This document shows, piece after piece, positions 49,005-59,637 of a DNA stretch of 64,000 bases. The stretch lies in contig DATKZF010000002.1 of the NCBI GenBank assembly GCA_035528115.1, forward strand, positions 5,751 through 69,750, given 5' to 3'. Position 1 is the first letter of the stretch. Each line of letters starts with the position of its first letter. A program made the translations under genes and the position numbers. Below the pieces are notes generated by a model, which saw only the letters and a list, made by a program, of their open reading frames with translations, made no database searches and was not told the origin of the DNA. This stretch comes from Candidatus Bipolaricaulota bacterium (lineage in GTDB: Bacteria > Patescibacteriota > Patescibacteriia > UBA11705 > DATKZF01).

Positions 49005-49133
49005 GGTTGATTACTGTCGAAATTTTATTAAATTTAGAAAATAATGTCAATTTTTTAAATTCAAAAAAGCGTCTTTTCAAAAACAAGACGCCTTAATCGC
49101 CCCGAACAAAAAAATTGTTCTCACAATAACTTT

Positions 49134-50366
49134 TTACCCCATTTCGCCTCCCCTTGCCACCAAAGAATTGTATGCATCCATCAATTTCAAATAATATTCA
49201 CCTGAATTATACTCTTTTTCCGCCTTTTCCCTAGCCTCATTTCCCATTTTTATCAACTTCTCCTTATCATTATACGAAGACTCAATAATTTTTTTCAGCG
49301 ACTCAATATCGCCGACTTTAACCTGATAACCGGTCTTTTCTTCATCAATCAATTCCTGCATGGCTCCGCGTTGATTGGCCACAATGACTTTGCCCAAAGC
49401 CATGCCTTCGAGAATGGTCAAGCCGAAAGTTTCATAATATTTGGACAAATTGAGCACCAAACGAGCGCCGCTGACCTCTTTAATCAAAGCCGACCAGCCG
49501 AGGTGAGGAATAAACTCGATATTTTTCAAATCTTTCGCCAAATCTTTTATTTTCGCTTCATCCGGACCCGAGCCGATTATTTTCAAATGAATATTCGGCA
49601 ACCCTCTCATGACCTTGATCAAAGTGTCATATCCCTTGGCCATTTCCAATCTGCTGTATGAAATGATGTAATCTTTTAATTCGCTGGTCGCGTGAAATCT
49701 GTCCAAATCAATAAAATGAGGCAAGACCCTGATTTTCCCCTCGGGCCAACCCCATTCCACAAACTTGTTTTTGGTGAAATTACTCGGCGTCAAAAACAAA
49801 TCAATGTTTTTTTGATAAACATTCATTAATCGATGAATGGTCGATTCAACGGCAATGGCCAGTCCGGCCAACCGGGAATTCTTGAAACATTTCTGAAACA
49901 CCGGTTGATAGTATTTATAGCGTTTGCATTTTTCGCACACATCCGTTTTATTGAACAGCGTGTAATTGGGACAAATCAATTTATAATCATGGACGGTCAT
50001 CACCGATGGAATATTTCTTTCTTTGGCCGCGGATAAAATCGACGGCGATATTTGATGATAAATATTATGATAATGAATGACATCCGGCTTGAATTCATCC
50101 AGCATTTTTGCGAATTTTCTTTTGGCGTCCAATGAATAAATCATTCGACCGATCATCTTTAAACCGGTCAAACTGTAAATAGGCTTTGACATATCCACAT
50201 AGCTGACGAAATATTTATCAAAATCGCTCTGCTGATTTTGCGGGTGATGCATGGAAAAAAACGCGACCTGATGCCCCTCTTCCGATAATAACCTGGCCTG
50301 CTCGAACATGGAAATTTCAGCGCCGCCTTTCGGGTAAAAAAACTTATTGACCAGCAATATTTTCAT
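49134..50366 (-). CDS. Glycosyltransferase family 4
   Basis: MKILLVNKFFYPKGGAE, TVHDYKLICP, YETFGLTILEGMALG; start at ATG 50366. Confidence 0.92.
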   Translation of the reverse strand: MKILLVNKFFYPKGGAEISMFEQARLLSEEGHQVAFFSMHHPQNQQSDFDKYFVSYVDMSKPIYSLTGLKMIGRMIYSLDAKRKFAKMLDEFKPDVIHYHNIYHQISPSILSAAKERNIPSVMTVHDYKLICPNYTLFNKTDVCEKCKRYKYYQPVFQKCFKNSRLAGLAIAVESTIHRLMNVYQKNIDLFLTPSNFTKNKFVEWGWPEGKIRVLPHFIDLDRFHATSELKDYIISYSRLEMAKGYDTLIKVMRGLPNIHLKIIGSGPDEAKIKDLAKDLKNIEFIPHLGWSALIKEVSGARLVLNLSKYYETFGLTILEGMALGKVIVANQRGAMQELIDEEKTGYQVKVGDIESLKKIIESSYNDKEKLIKMGNEAREKAEKEYNSGEYYLKLMDAYNSLVARGGEMG

Positions 50367-50371
50367 ATTTT

Positions 50372-51913
50372 TCAAACTTTTAATTTTTCTTTTTGCGCCA
50401 AGGAAACCACGCAAGCCAGCGTCAACCAGAAATAAAACGCCAACGTGCGCACTTCAAGGTAAGTGCCGAGCAAGGCTTGAAAACCGACGGCCAAAACAAT
50501 GCCCACGCAAGCGAACGACAATGCCCGCAAAAACTTATCCTTGGTCGATTTATATACTTTTAAATTATAAACCAACAACAGCACAAAAGCCACCACATAA
50601 GCGCAAAATCCCACAATGCCGGTCTCTCCGAGTAATGAGAACCAATTGTTATCGATATAACCTTCAGTGCCGTAAACGCCGAAAGGCAAGCTCAATTTGT
50701 CGTAAACGGTCGTATTATGCAGAGCCGCCACCGCTCCCCCGCCGTATTGACCGGGTCCGGCCCCGAAAACCGGATACGCGGGCAAAACCGTGGTTAACGT
50801 ATTTACGAAAAAATACAACCGGCCGAAATAATAATATTCTCCCCGCCATCTGGCCAATGAAAACGCTTCGAAAAATCTCTCCGAGATGGTTTGACCGGGC
50901 ACGTCCGTCAAATATTTCACGGCAATGCCGGAGTACAATAAATACGAAGACAGCAACGCGACCAAAATCACGAAAACGATAAGCACTCTTCTGTCTTTTC
51001 GTAAAAAAATCGCAATGAATAAAAAAGCTCCCAAAAAACCGAACCAAGACGCGCGCGAATAGGTCAAAATCAAAGCGGGAAAACCCAAGATAAAAATCAG
51101 CCATTTAACATATTTCTTTCTGATAAATTCCGGGTTGTAATACATCAGACCGACCGCGATCAGCAAAACCAAACATAAAAATGTTCCCAGCTGATCATAT
51201 CTGCCCATAAAGGCGCTGACTCTCTGACCCGGCTCCCAAAATTGATCAGTGCCTGAAGTCAGCTGAATGTCGCCGTAAAACTTCCTGTCTTCGGGAATCA
51301 AAATACTGTCCGCCGGCGCTCCGATAGCCGCCTGCAATACGCCCACTCCACTTTGAAAAACCAAAATTATCAACAACACTTTGATAATTTGTTTAATAAA
51401 ATTTTTGTCGAGATTCAAATATACTATGGTGTAAAAAAGCAAAATAAATCGGATTATTTGCCTGATGCCCAAAACTGAAATCTTCAGTGGCACGAAATTA
51501 ACCACAGCTGAAATTATCATGACAATAAAAAAAATCAGCATGGGAATGTCAATCGGCGTTTTCTTATATTTTCTGGTGTACAAAATTTTCAAAAAAGCGA
51601 CCAGCGTCAATAAATACAACAAGCCTTCGCTGAAATATCTGGCAAAGATATATATCGAGTCCGGGACATATTTTAAAACAAACGGTTCAAAAGCTATATA
51701 GGCGATCAAAAAAAGCAAGATTAATTTAGGTCGAAGAAACGTCAACACAACGAAAATCGCGCCGACGAAAAAACTTATGGCGAGCAGCGGCGAATAAAAA
51801 ACTATCATCGCGCTGGCGAATACAATCACGATTGATAAAAAAACAATCTTTTTTAAATTAAGTCCTGAAAATTCGTCGTCCGAAAACGACTCCATTTTTT
51901 TTAACAAAGACAT
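50372..51913 (-). CDS. O-antigen ligase/Wzy-like membrane protein
   Basis: Many TM, LTYSRASW, GAGPGQY, DNNW--LLGETGIVG. Confidence 0.85.
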   Translation of the reverse strand: MSLLKKMESFSDDEFSGLNLKKIVFLSIVIVFASAMIVFYSPLLAISFFVGAIFVVLTFLRPKLILLFLIAYIAFEPFVLKYVPDSIYIFARYFSEGLLYLLTLVAFLKILYTRKYKKTPIDIPMLIFFIVMIISAVVNFVPLKISVLGIRQIIRFILLFYTIVYLNLDKNFIKQIIKVLLIILVFQSGVGVLQAAIGAPADSILIPEDRKFYGDIQLTSGTDQFWEPGQRVSAFMGRYDQLGTFLCLVLLIAVGLMYYNPEFIRKKYVKWLIFILGFPALILTYSRASWFGFLGAFLFIAIFLRKDRRVLIVFVILVALLSSYLLYSGIAVKYLTDVPGQTISERFFEAFSLARWRGEYYYFGRLYFFVNTLTTVLPAYPVFGAGPGQYGGGAVAALHNTTVYDKLSLPFGVYGTEGYIDNNWFSLLGETGIVGFCAYVVAFVLLLVYNLKVYKSTKDKFLRALSFACVGIVLAVGFQALLGTYLEVRTLAFYFWLTLACVVSLAQKEKLKV

Positions 51914-51969
51914 ATTTACAAATATTATAACATAAATATGACAATCCGATAAATATCATTTTAAAATTA

Positions 51970-51997
51970 TAAAAGGGATAGATAAATCTATCCCTTT
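51970..51997 (-). terminator. Terminator hairpin after giant Cys-rich gene
   Basis: AAAGGGATAGAT/ATCTATCCCTTT stem, T-rich tail on - strand. Confidence 0.6.
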
Positions 51998-52027
51998 AGG
52001 CTGACTTTGTCAGCCGGTTAGGTGGCG

Positions 52028-55000
52028 CTATGGCGCCACGCCGCAGTCAAGAGGACACGAGTCCGGGGTCTCGTTCTGGGAGCAGAACAGATCCCCGCAC
52101 ACTTCCCCGCAGTCGGCCGGGCACGAGTTCGTGGTCTCGCTCGCCCGACAGACGGAATCTCCGCAAACGACGCCGCAGTCGGCTCGGCAAGAAACAGTAT
52201 CTTCACCGAGGCCGCAGAAGCCGTCGCCGCAGGACGAGCCACAGTCGCTCGCGCAAGTGACCGGCGTTTCAGGCGCCACGCACGCGCCGTCTCCGCAAAT
52301 CACCCCGCAATCGGCCGGGCAGTTGATGGTGTCCTCGCCGACTCCGCAGAAGCCGTTGCCACACGGTTCTCCGCAATCAGCCGGACACGTTCTGGTGTTT
52401 TCGTTCGCGCTGCAGAGTGTGTCGCCACACTCCCAGCCGCAATCGGCTTCGCAGTTCACGGAACTCTCGAAGCCGTTGCAAATGCCGTCTCCGCAGAGCG
52501 ACCCGCAATCCGCGGCGCAGTTGATCGAGGTTTCGACCGCCGCGTCACAGAAAGCGTCGCCGCAATTTTGGCCGCAATCGCCGGCGCAGTTCGCCGACGT
52601 CTCGCCTCCATTGCAGACATGGTCGCCACATCGGGTACCGCAGTCTGCTGGGCAATTCAGCGTGGTTTCGCCGGGAGTGCAGTCGCCGTTGCCGCAGACG
52701 CTTCCGCAATCTGCCGGACAAGTGGCGCTGTTTTCGTTCTGCGAGCAGTAGGCGTCGCCGCATTCCTGTCCGCAGTCCTCCTCGCAGATGGACGAATCCT
52801 CGCTCGCCCCGCAGGTCGTATCGCCGCAAGCGTCGCCGCAGTCGGCGGGACAGCTGGTCGTCGTTTCCGACTCCCCGCATGTACCGTCGCCGCAAGCATT
52901 GCCGCAGTCAGCCGGGCATGTCACCTGCGTTTCCGCGCCGTTGCAGGCATCATCACCGCAAACATATCCGCAATCGCTCGGACACGTCACCGTGTCTTCG
53001 CCGACACCGCAGATCTTGTTGCCGCAATTCTCGCCGCAATCGGCCGGGCACGTCCGGGTGTCTTCGTTCGGCGAGCAGTATGCGTCTCCGCATACCGCGC
53101 CGCAATCGCTTTCGCAGCTCACCGAGTTTTCCGACTCGCCACATACCATGTCACCGCAGGAATCCCCGCAGTCCACGGCGCAGCTTGCCGAAGTCTCGCC
53201 GGCCGCGCAGAAACCATCGCCGCATTCCAGGCCGCAGTCGGCCGGGCAATTCAGCGTGGTCTCGGTCCAGTTGCAGGCACCATCCCCGCAGGACGAGCCG
53301 CAGTCAAGTGGACAAATCCACGTGCCTTCGCTCATCGAGCAGTAGCCGTCACCACAGGATTCCCCGCAGTCCGGCAGGCAGGTGGCGCTGCTTTCGTTCT
53401 GCGAACAGTAGGCGTCGCCGCACTCCTGTCCGCAATCCGGTTCGCACGAGGACGAATCCTCGTTCCTGCCGCACGCGCCGTCCCCGCAGATATCGCCGCA
53501 GTCATCGGGGCAGCTCGTCGAGCTCTCGCTCGATCCGCATGTCCCGTCGCCACAGCTGTCTCCGCAGTCCGCCGGACACGTCGCGGAATTCTCGGCGCCG
53601 TTGCACGACGTATCGCCGCAGGTCGAGCCACAGTCCGCCGGACAAGAGGACGTATCCTCTCCGTTGCCGCAAACGCCGTTTCCACAACGCTCACCGCAAT
53701 CGTCCGGACACCTGACCGTGTTCTCTCCGCTACCGCAGAAGCCGTCACCGCAGTTCACGCCGCAATCGCTTTCGCAGCTCGCCGGAGTCTCCGACGATCC
53801 GCACACCGTATCACCGCAGGCATCCCCGCAATCCACGGCGCAGTTCGTCGAAGTCTCGCCGGCCGCGCAATAGGCGTCGCCACACTGCGCCCCACAGTCC
53901 GTGAGGCAACTCCAGGTGGTCTCGCCCCAGTTGCACACGCCGTCTCCGCAGCTCGGCCCACAGTCGGCCGGGCAGTTCATCGAGCCTTCGCTCGAAGAAC
54001 ACCACCCGTCGCCGCAGGATTCCCCGCAGTCCGTCATGCACGTAACCGTGGTTTCGGTCCCGTTGCAGGTTCCGTCACCACACTCAGTGCCGCAATCCAG
54101 CGCGCACGTCACCGTGTCCTCGCTGGTATCGCATGCCCCGTCTCCGCAGTACGGCCCGCAGTCCGCGGGACAGCTCGACGTCGTCTCCGACGCTCCGCAC
54201 GTCCCGTCGCCACAGGCGTCGCCACAGTCGCTCGGGCAGCTCGCCGGAGTCTCGGCTCCGTTGCATGCGGCGTCCCCGCAGTTCGTCCCGCAGTCATCCG
54301 GGCACGTCACCGAGCTTTCACTCGATCCGCACGCCGAATCTCCGCAGAAGTCACCGCAGTCCGCCGGGCAACTTCCCTCGTCCTCCGTAGCCGTATCGCA
54401 CTGACCATCGCCACACTGCGTGCCGCAATCGGTCGCGCAGGTCACGCTGGTCTCGCTTCCGTTGCACCTGCCGTCTCCGCAGGTGACCCCACAGTCAAAC
54501 GGGCAGCTCCACGTGCTTTCGCTCGTCGAGCAGTAGCCGTCGCCGCAGTAGTCCCCGCAGTCCGCCGGACAGGTCGCGCTCGTCTCCGAGTCCGGCGAGC
54601 AATACGCATCGCCGCACTCCACTCCGCAGTCCGCCTCGCAGCTTGCGCTGTCCTCGGTCGAACCGCAGGTGCTGTCTCCGCAGACGTCGCCGCAGTCCGC
54701 CGGGCACGTGGTCGAACTCTCGCTCGATCCGCATGTCCCGTCGCCGCAGGCGTCGCCGCAGTCCGCCGGACACGTCACGGACGTTTCCGAACCGTTGCAG
54801 GCGCTGTCGCCGCAAACAAATCCACAGTCCATCGGGCACGTAATCGTGTCCTCCTCAGGACCGCAGACCAGGTTGCCGCACGGCTCGCCGCAATCTGCCG
54901 GGCAAGTCAGCGTCGTTTCGTTCGGGGAGCAGTAGTTGTCCCCGCACTCAACGCCGCAGTCCGCCTCGCAACTCGCCGAGGTCTCCGACGATCCGCATGT

Positions 55001-58000
55001 CCCGTCGCCGCAGCTGTCGCCACAGTCATCGGGACACGTCGCCGAGCTCTCGCCGTTGTCGCAGAAACCATCGCCGCACTGCGTGCCGCAATCGGCCGCG
55101 CAGCTGATGGTGGTCTCCGCTCCGTCGCACCGGTCGTCGCCGCAGCTGGTGCCGCAGTCAGCCGGGCAGCTCGCCGTACTCTCGTTCGCCGAGCAATAGG
55201 TATCACCGCATGCCTCGCCGCAATCGGCGGGGCAAGTCAACGTCGTTTCGGAGCTCGACGAGCAATACGCATCGCCGCACTCCACTCCGCAGTCCGCCTC
55301 GCAGCTTGCGCTGTCCTCGGTCGAACCGCAGGTGTTGTCTCCGCAGACGTCGCCGCAGTCCACCGGGCACGTGGTCGAACTCTCGCTCGATCCGCATGTC
55401 CCGTCGCCGCAGGCGTCTCCGCAGTCGGCCGCACACGTCGCCGGGGTTTCCGCCGTCGGGTCACAGTACGTGTCCCCGCAGACGAATCCGCAGTCGCTCG
55501 GACACGTCACCGTGTCCTCGCCCACTCCGCAGACCCCATTGCCGCACGGCTCCCCACAGTCAGCAGGGCAGCTCACGTCGCTCTCCGTCGGGGAACAGTA
55601 GTTGTCCCCGCACTCAACGCCGCAATCCGCCTCGCAACTCGCCGAATTCTCAGACTCGCCGCACAGGCCGTCACCGCAGGCATCCCCGCAGTCGGCCGGG
55701 CAGCTGATCGTGGTCTCGGATGCGCCGCAGTAACCGTCGCCACAACCGTCCCCGCAATCGCCGGGGCAGCTGGCGAACGTTTCGAGACCGTTGCAGGTCC
55801 CGTCACCGCATTGCTGACCGCAGTCAGCCGGGCAGTTGATGGTGTCTTCGCCGACGCCGCACACCGTGTTTCCACACGGCTCGCCGCAATCGGTCGGACA
55901 CCTCACCGAGTTTTCGCTCGGGCTACAGTAGTTGTCGCCACAGACTTCGCCGCAGTCCGCCTCGCAGCTCACGCTGGTTTCGGAAGCGCCGCAGGCGCCG
56001 TCAGCGCACACATCGCCGCAGTCCGCGGGACAGGTGACCGTCGTTTCCGACGCGCCACAAGTACCATCGCCGCACGTGTCGCCGCAATCGGCCGGACACG
56101 TCGCGGGAGTCTCGGTATCGTTACAGGCGCCGTCGCCGCAGAAATGGCCACAGTCCACAAAGCACGAAACCGTGTCCTCGTCCGGACCGCAATAGCCATC
56201 GCCACAGGAGTCGCCGCAATCCTCGGGGCAGTTCGAGAAACTCTCGCCGCCGTTGCACGCGCCGTCGCCACAGCTCTGTCCGCAGTCAGCGGGACAGGAA
56301 ACCGTGGTCTCGGCGCCATCGCACCGGCCATCACCGCAGGAAGTCCCGCAGTCGGCCGGACAGCCCGACGTTGTTTCCATGGTCGAGCAGAAGGTGTCTC
56401 CGCAGGCCGTGCCGCAGTCAGCCTCGCAGCTGACCGTGTCTTCGGACAGGCCGCAGATGCCGTCGCCGCAGTCATCGCCGCAGTCGAGCGGGCAGTCCGT
56501 GCTGTCCTCGTTGGTCGCGCAGAAGCCATCACCGCAGAGCTCGCCGCAATCTGCCGGGCAGGTCACGGAGCTCTCGGTGCCGTTACAGGTCCCGTCGCCG
56601 CACTGCATGCCGCAGTCGGCCGGACAGTTGATGCTGGTCTCGCCGACGCCGCAAACCGTGTTTCCACACGGCTCACCGCAGTCGATGGGACACCTAATAG
56701 TGTTCTCGTCCGACCCGCAGTACCCGTCGCCGCAGGAATCCCCGCAGTCCTCCGGGCAAGTGGCCGAGGTCTCGGTGCCATTGCAGGCGGTATCGCCGCA
56801 GGCAGCGCCGCAGTCGGCAGGGCAAGTGACCGAATTCTCATCCGGCCCGCAGTACCCGTCGCCACAGGCGTCGCCGCAGTCCTCTGGACAGCTGGCGGGA
56901 TTCTCAGCGCCGCTGCACGCGTTGTCGCCGCAGTCGTCGCCGCAATCCGCGGGACATTTCGCCGCGGTTTCATCGAAACCGCAGTAACCGTCGCCGCAGG
57001 AGTCCCCGCAGTCTTCGGGACAACTGGAGTAGGTCTCCGCGCCGTTGCACGTGCCGTCGGGGCAGAATTCCCCGCAGTCCGCGAAACACGACGAAGAGCT
57101 TTCCTCAGGCCCGCAGTACCCGTCTCCGCAAGCGGAGCCGCAGTCCTCCGGGCAATTCGCAGTGGTCTCGGCGCCGCTGCAAGCGTTGTCGCCGCAGTCG
57201 TCGCCGCAATCCGCGGGACAGCTGGCCGCGGTTTCGTCGAAACCACAGTAACCGTCGCCGCAGGTATCCCCACAATCCTCCGGACACGTCGCCGGCGTTT
57301 CACCGCCATTGCACGCGCCGTCGGGACACAGCTCTCCGCAGTCCGAAAGGCACGTCACCGTGCTTTCGTCCGGACCGCAGACGCCGTTACCGCAAACCTC
57401 GCCGCAATCGCTCGGACACTTGACCGTGTCCTCGAGACTCGGCGAACAGAATGCGTCACCGCAGGTCGCCCCGCAGTCGATTTCGCAGCTGGTCGTGGTT
57501 TCCGACGCGCCGCAAACTCCGTCACCGCAGTCGTCCCCACAGTCGGCCGGACAGACACCGGAATTCTCACCGGGTCCGCACGTGCCGTCGCCGCAGTTCT
57601 CCCCGCAGTCGGCCGGGCAGCTGGCCGTCGTCTCGAGCCCGTTGCACGAGCCGTCGCCGCAGCTGTTGCCGCAATCGGCAACGCACGAAGCGGTGGTCTC
57701 AGTCAGGGCGCACACCGTGTTGCCGCAGTACTCGCCGCAATCGGCGGCGCACTTGACCGAATCCTCGTCCGCGGAGCAATGGCCGTCTCCGCAGGACTGA
57801 CCGCAGTCAGCCTCGCAGATGGCCGAGCTCTCCAAGGCGCCGCACGAAGCGTCGCCGCAGACGTTGCCGCAGTCGGCCGGACACGAGATCGTGTCTTCGT
57901 CCGGGCCGCAGAAAACGTCGCCGCATTCGTCCCCACAGTCCTCAGGGCAGGCCGCGTTGGTTTCCGTGCCGTTGCAGGCGCGGTCGCCACACTGCATGCC

Positions 58001-59245
58001 GCAGTCCTGGGGACAGGACACGGTGGTTTCGCCATCTCCGCACACGGTGTTGCCGCAAGGCTCGCCGCAGTCGGCCGGACAACTGACCGTGCCCTCGTCG
58101 GGAGAGCAGAAGTCATCGCCACATACCACTCCGCAGTCCTGCTGGCAGTTCCAGGTACGCTCGGTGAGGCCGCAGAGGCCGTCACCGCAGTCATCGCCGC
58201 AGTCGAGAGGACAATTCGTCGTCCCCTCGCCCGGGCCACAATCGCCGTCACCGCAGTACGTGCCGCAATCGGCAACACAGTCCAGAGAGGACTCCGTGCC
58301 GTTGCAAACTCCGTCGCCGCAGAGACTGGCGCAGTCTGCCGGACAACTCATGGTCGTCTCGGCATTGTTGCACGTCCCATCGCCGCAGGCCGTGCCGCAA
58401 TCGTACGGACAGCTGGCCGTGTTCTCGACTCCGTTGCAGGAGCCGTCGCCGCAGGCCGTGCCGCAGTCGTGCGGACAGTTCTGCGATGTCTCGTGCGCCG
58501 GGTCACAGAACCCGTCGCCGCAGTAGCTCTGGATCGGGGGCGCGCAGCCCTCGTCCACGAAGCCGTCGCAGTCGTTGTCCAGTCCGTCGCTGCAGACCTC
58601 GGGCGCGCCGGGGTAAACCGACGCGTTCAGGGGCGCGCAGTCGACGTTGTCGGGAGAGCCGTCGCCGTCCTGATCGGGCGGAGGCGGCTGACCGCAGTCG
58701 GCCGGACAGGTCACGGTCGTCTCGCCGTTGTTGCACGTGCCGTCGCCACACCACATGGTGGGCTGGCCGCCGCAGTCGGCCGGACAGCTCATTGCCGTCT
58801 CGCCGTTGTTACAGCTGCCATCGCCACACCACACGGTGGGCTGGCCGCCGCAATCGGCCGGACAGCTCATTGCCGTTTCCGTGCCATTGCAGCTGCCGTC
58901 GCCACACCACACGGTGGGCTGGCCGCCGCAATCGGTCGGACAGCTCTGCTGGGTCTCGCCGTTGTTGCAGCTGCCGTCGCCACACCACATGGTGGGAGAC
59001 TGGTTGCAGTCGGCGGGACAGTTGACGGGGGTCTCGATGGCGCTACAAACGCCATCACCGCAGACCGCCGGATTCGAACCTTGGGAGTTGTCGTACTCCC
59101 AATCGTTCGGCACGCACCGATGATCATCGGTGCAGTAGTGCCCTTCCGGGCAATCCACTCCGCCATTGCACTGCTTGTTGTCATCGCCACAACCGGCGAG
59201 AAGCAGCGCGACCAAGGCCACCAGGAACCAGAAACGTGCCTTCAT
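52028..59245 (-). CDS. Giant cysteine-rich repeat lipoprotein (2405 aa; ~100 CGDG-C---E----CP-DCG units, one MopE-like metal-binding motif)
   Basis: SD GGGAGG before ATG 59245; LLAGC lipobox; DQDGDG...DC...[18 protein letters not shown]. Confidence 0.9.
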   Translation of the reverse strand: MKARFWFLVALVALLLAGCGDDNKQCNGGVDCPEGHYCTDDHRCVPNDWEYDNSQGSNPAVCGDGVCSAIETPVNCPADCNQSPTMWCGDGSCNNGETQQSCPTDCGGQPTVWCGDGSCNGTETAMSCPADCGGQPTVWCGDGSCNNGETAMSCPADCGGQPTMWCGDGTCNNGETTVTCPADCGQPPPPDQDGDGSPDNVDCAPLNASVYPGAPEVCSDGLDNDCDGFVDEGCAPPIQSYCGDGFCDPAHETSQNCPHDCGTACGDGSCNGVENTASCPYDCGTACGDGTCNNAETTMSCPADCASLCGDGVCNGTESSLDCVADCGTYCGDGDCGPGEGTTNCPLDCGDDCGDGLCGLTERTWNCQQDCGVVCGDDFCSPDEGTVSCPADCGEPCGNTVCGDGETTVSCPQDCGMQCGDRACNGTETNAACPEDCGDECGDVFCGPDEDTISCPADCGNVCGDASCGALESSAICEADCGQSCGDGHCSADEDSVKCAADCGEYCGNTVCALTETTASCVADCGNSCGDGSCNGLETTASCPADCGENCGDGTCGPGENSGVCPADCGDDCGDGVCGASETTTSCEIDCGATCGDAFCSPSLEDTVKCPSDCGEVCGNGVCGPDESTVTCLSDCGELCPDGACNGGETPATCPEDCGDTCGDGYCGFDETAASCPADCGDDCGDNACSGAETTANCPEDCGSACGDGYCGPEESSSSCFADCGEFCPDGTCNGAETYSSCPEDCGDSCGDGYCGFDETAAKCPADCGDDCGDNACSGAENPASCPEDCGDACGDGYCGPDENSVTCPADCGAACGDTACNGTETSATCPEDCGDSCGDGYCGSDENTIRCPIDCGEPCGNTVCGVGETSINCPADCGMQCGDGTCNGTESSVTCPADCGELCGDGFCATNEDSTDCPLDCGDDCGDGICGLSEDTVSCEADCGTACGDTFCSTMETTSGCPADCGTSCGDGRCDGAETTVSCPADCGQSCGDGACNGGESFSNCPEDCGDSCGDGYCGPDEDTVSCFVDCGHFCGDGACNDTETPATCPADCGDTCGDGTCGASETTVTCPADCGDVCADGACGASETSVSCEADCGEVCGDNYCSPSENSVRCPTDCGEPCGNTVCGVGEDTINCPADCGQQCGDGTCNGLETFASCPGDCGDGCGDGYCGASETTISCPADCGDACGDGLCGESENSASCEADCGVECGDNYCSPTESDVSCPADCGEPCGNGVCGVGEDTVTCPSDCGFVCGDTYCDPTAETPATCAADCGDACGDGTCGSSESSTTCPVDCGDVCGDNTCGSTEDSASCEADCGVECGDAYCSSSSETTLTCPADCGEACGDTYCSANESTASCPADCGTSCGDDRCDGAETTISCAADCGTQCGDGFCDNGESSATCPDDCGDSCGDGTCGSSETSASCEADCGVECGDNYCSPNETTLTCPADCGEPCGNLVCGPEEDTITCPMDCGFVCGDSACNGSETSVTCPADCGDACGDGTCGSSESSTTCPADCGDVCGDSTCGSTEDSASCEADCGVECGDAYCSPDSETSATCPADCGDYCGDGYCSTSESTWSCPFDCGVTCGDGRCNGSETSVTCATDCGTQCGDGQCDTATEDEGSCPADCGDFCGDSACGSSESSVTCPDDCGTNCGDAACNGAETPASCPSDCGDACGDGTCGASETTSSCPADCGPYCGDGACDTSEDTVTCALDCGTECGDGTCNGTETTVTCMTDCGESCGDGWCSSSEGSMNCPADCGPSCGDGVCNWGETTWSCLTDCGAQCGDAYCAAGETSTNCAVDCGDACGDTVCGSSETPASCESDCGVNCGDGFCGSGENTVRCPDDCGERCGNGVCGNGEDTSSCPADCGSTCGDTSCNGAENSATCPADCGDSCGDGTCGSSESSTSCPDDCGDICGDGACGRNEDSSSCEPDCGQECGDAYCSQNESSATCLPDCGESCGDGYCSMSEGTWICPLDCGSSCGDGACNWTETTLNCPADCGLECGDGFCAAGETSASCAVDCGDSCGDMVCGESENSVSCESDCGAVCGDAYCSPNEDTRTCPADCGENCGNKICGVGEDTVTCPSDCGYVCGDDACNGAETQVTCPADCGNACGDGTCGESETTTSCPADCGDACGDTTCGASEDSSICEEDCGQECGDAYCSQNENSATCPADCGSVCGNGDCTPGETTLNCPADCGTRCGDHVCNGGETSANCAGDCGQNCGDAFCDAAVETSINCAADCGSLCGDGICNGFESSVNCEADCGWECGDTLCSANENTRTCPADCGEPCGNGFCGVGEDTINCPADCGVICGDGACVAPETPVTCASDCGSSCGDGFCGLGEDTVSCRADCGVVCGDSVCRASETTNSCPADCGEVCGDLFCSQNETPDSCPLDCGVAP

Positions 59246-59420
59246 GGTTTTCCTCCCGTGTTCGGCACTGTAAAGAAACGCGAAACTCAACTCTTGAGTT
59301 TTCGGTTGTCAAAGGTCAGCCAATTTGGCTGGAAGCAATGAAAAAGCAAAAAATTTTTCACTATTTCCAGCCAAATTTCATTCCCAAAGACGCAATTTTT
59401 GCACCTTATTAGGACAGCTA

Positions 59421-59449
59421 AACTTAACAAAAAAACATAGTTTTGTCAA
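59421..59449 (-). promoter_or_regulatory. sigma70 promoter for giant Cys-rich gene
   Basis: TTGACA-17 nt-TAAGTT; second TTGACA about 48 nt further upstream. Confidence 0.6.
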
Positions 59450-59637
59450 GTTTTTTGGGCTATTTTTTAAATACACAATTTTTTGCCAATTTGTCAAGTT
59501 TATTTTTTAATAAATTTAGCCAAAACTTCCACTTATGAAGTCGATTTTAAACGGATTAACTTACAATCAGAAAAGCGGCTCCAAACATGTTGGAACCGCT
59601 TCCTTTCCACCCGCATTGCGGGTAAATAAGTTAACGA

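Noticed and set aside
51914-52030. Chimeric join between a CPR contig and a GC-rich genome
   Set aside because: Not excluded without reads, but AT-rich spacers with host-like promoters and a shared REP-like element recur inside the GC-rich zone.
52022-59341. 2439-aa + strand ORF
   Set aside because: In-register antisense shadow of the Cys-rich gene; it stays open only because TTA/CTA/TCA codons are unused. Ala/Arg/Val-rich with no expression signals.
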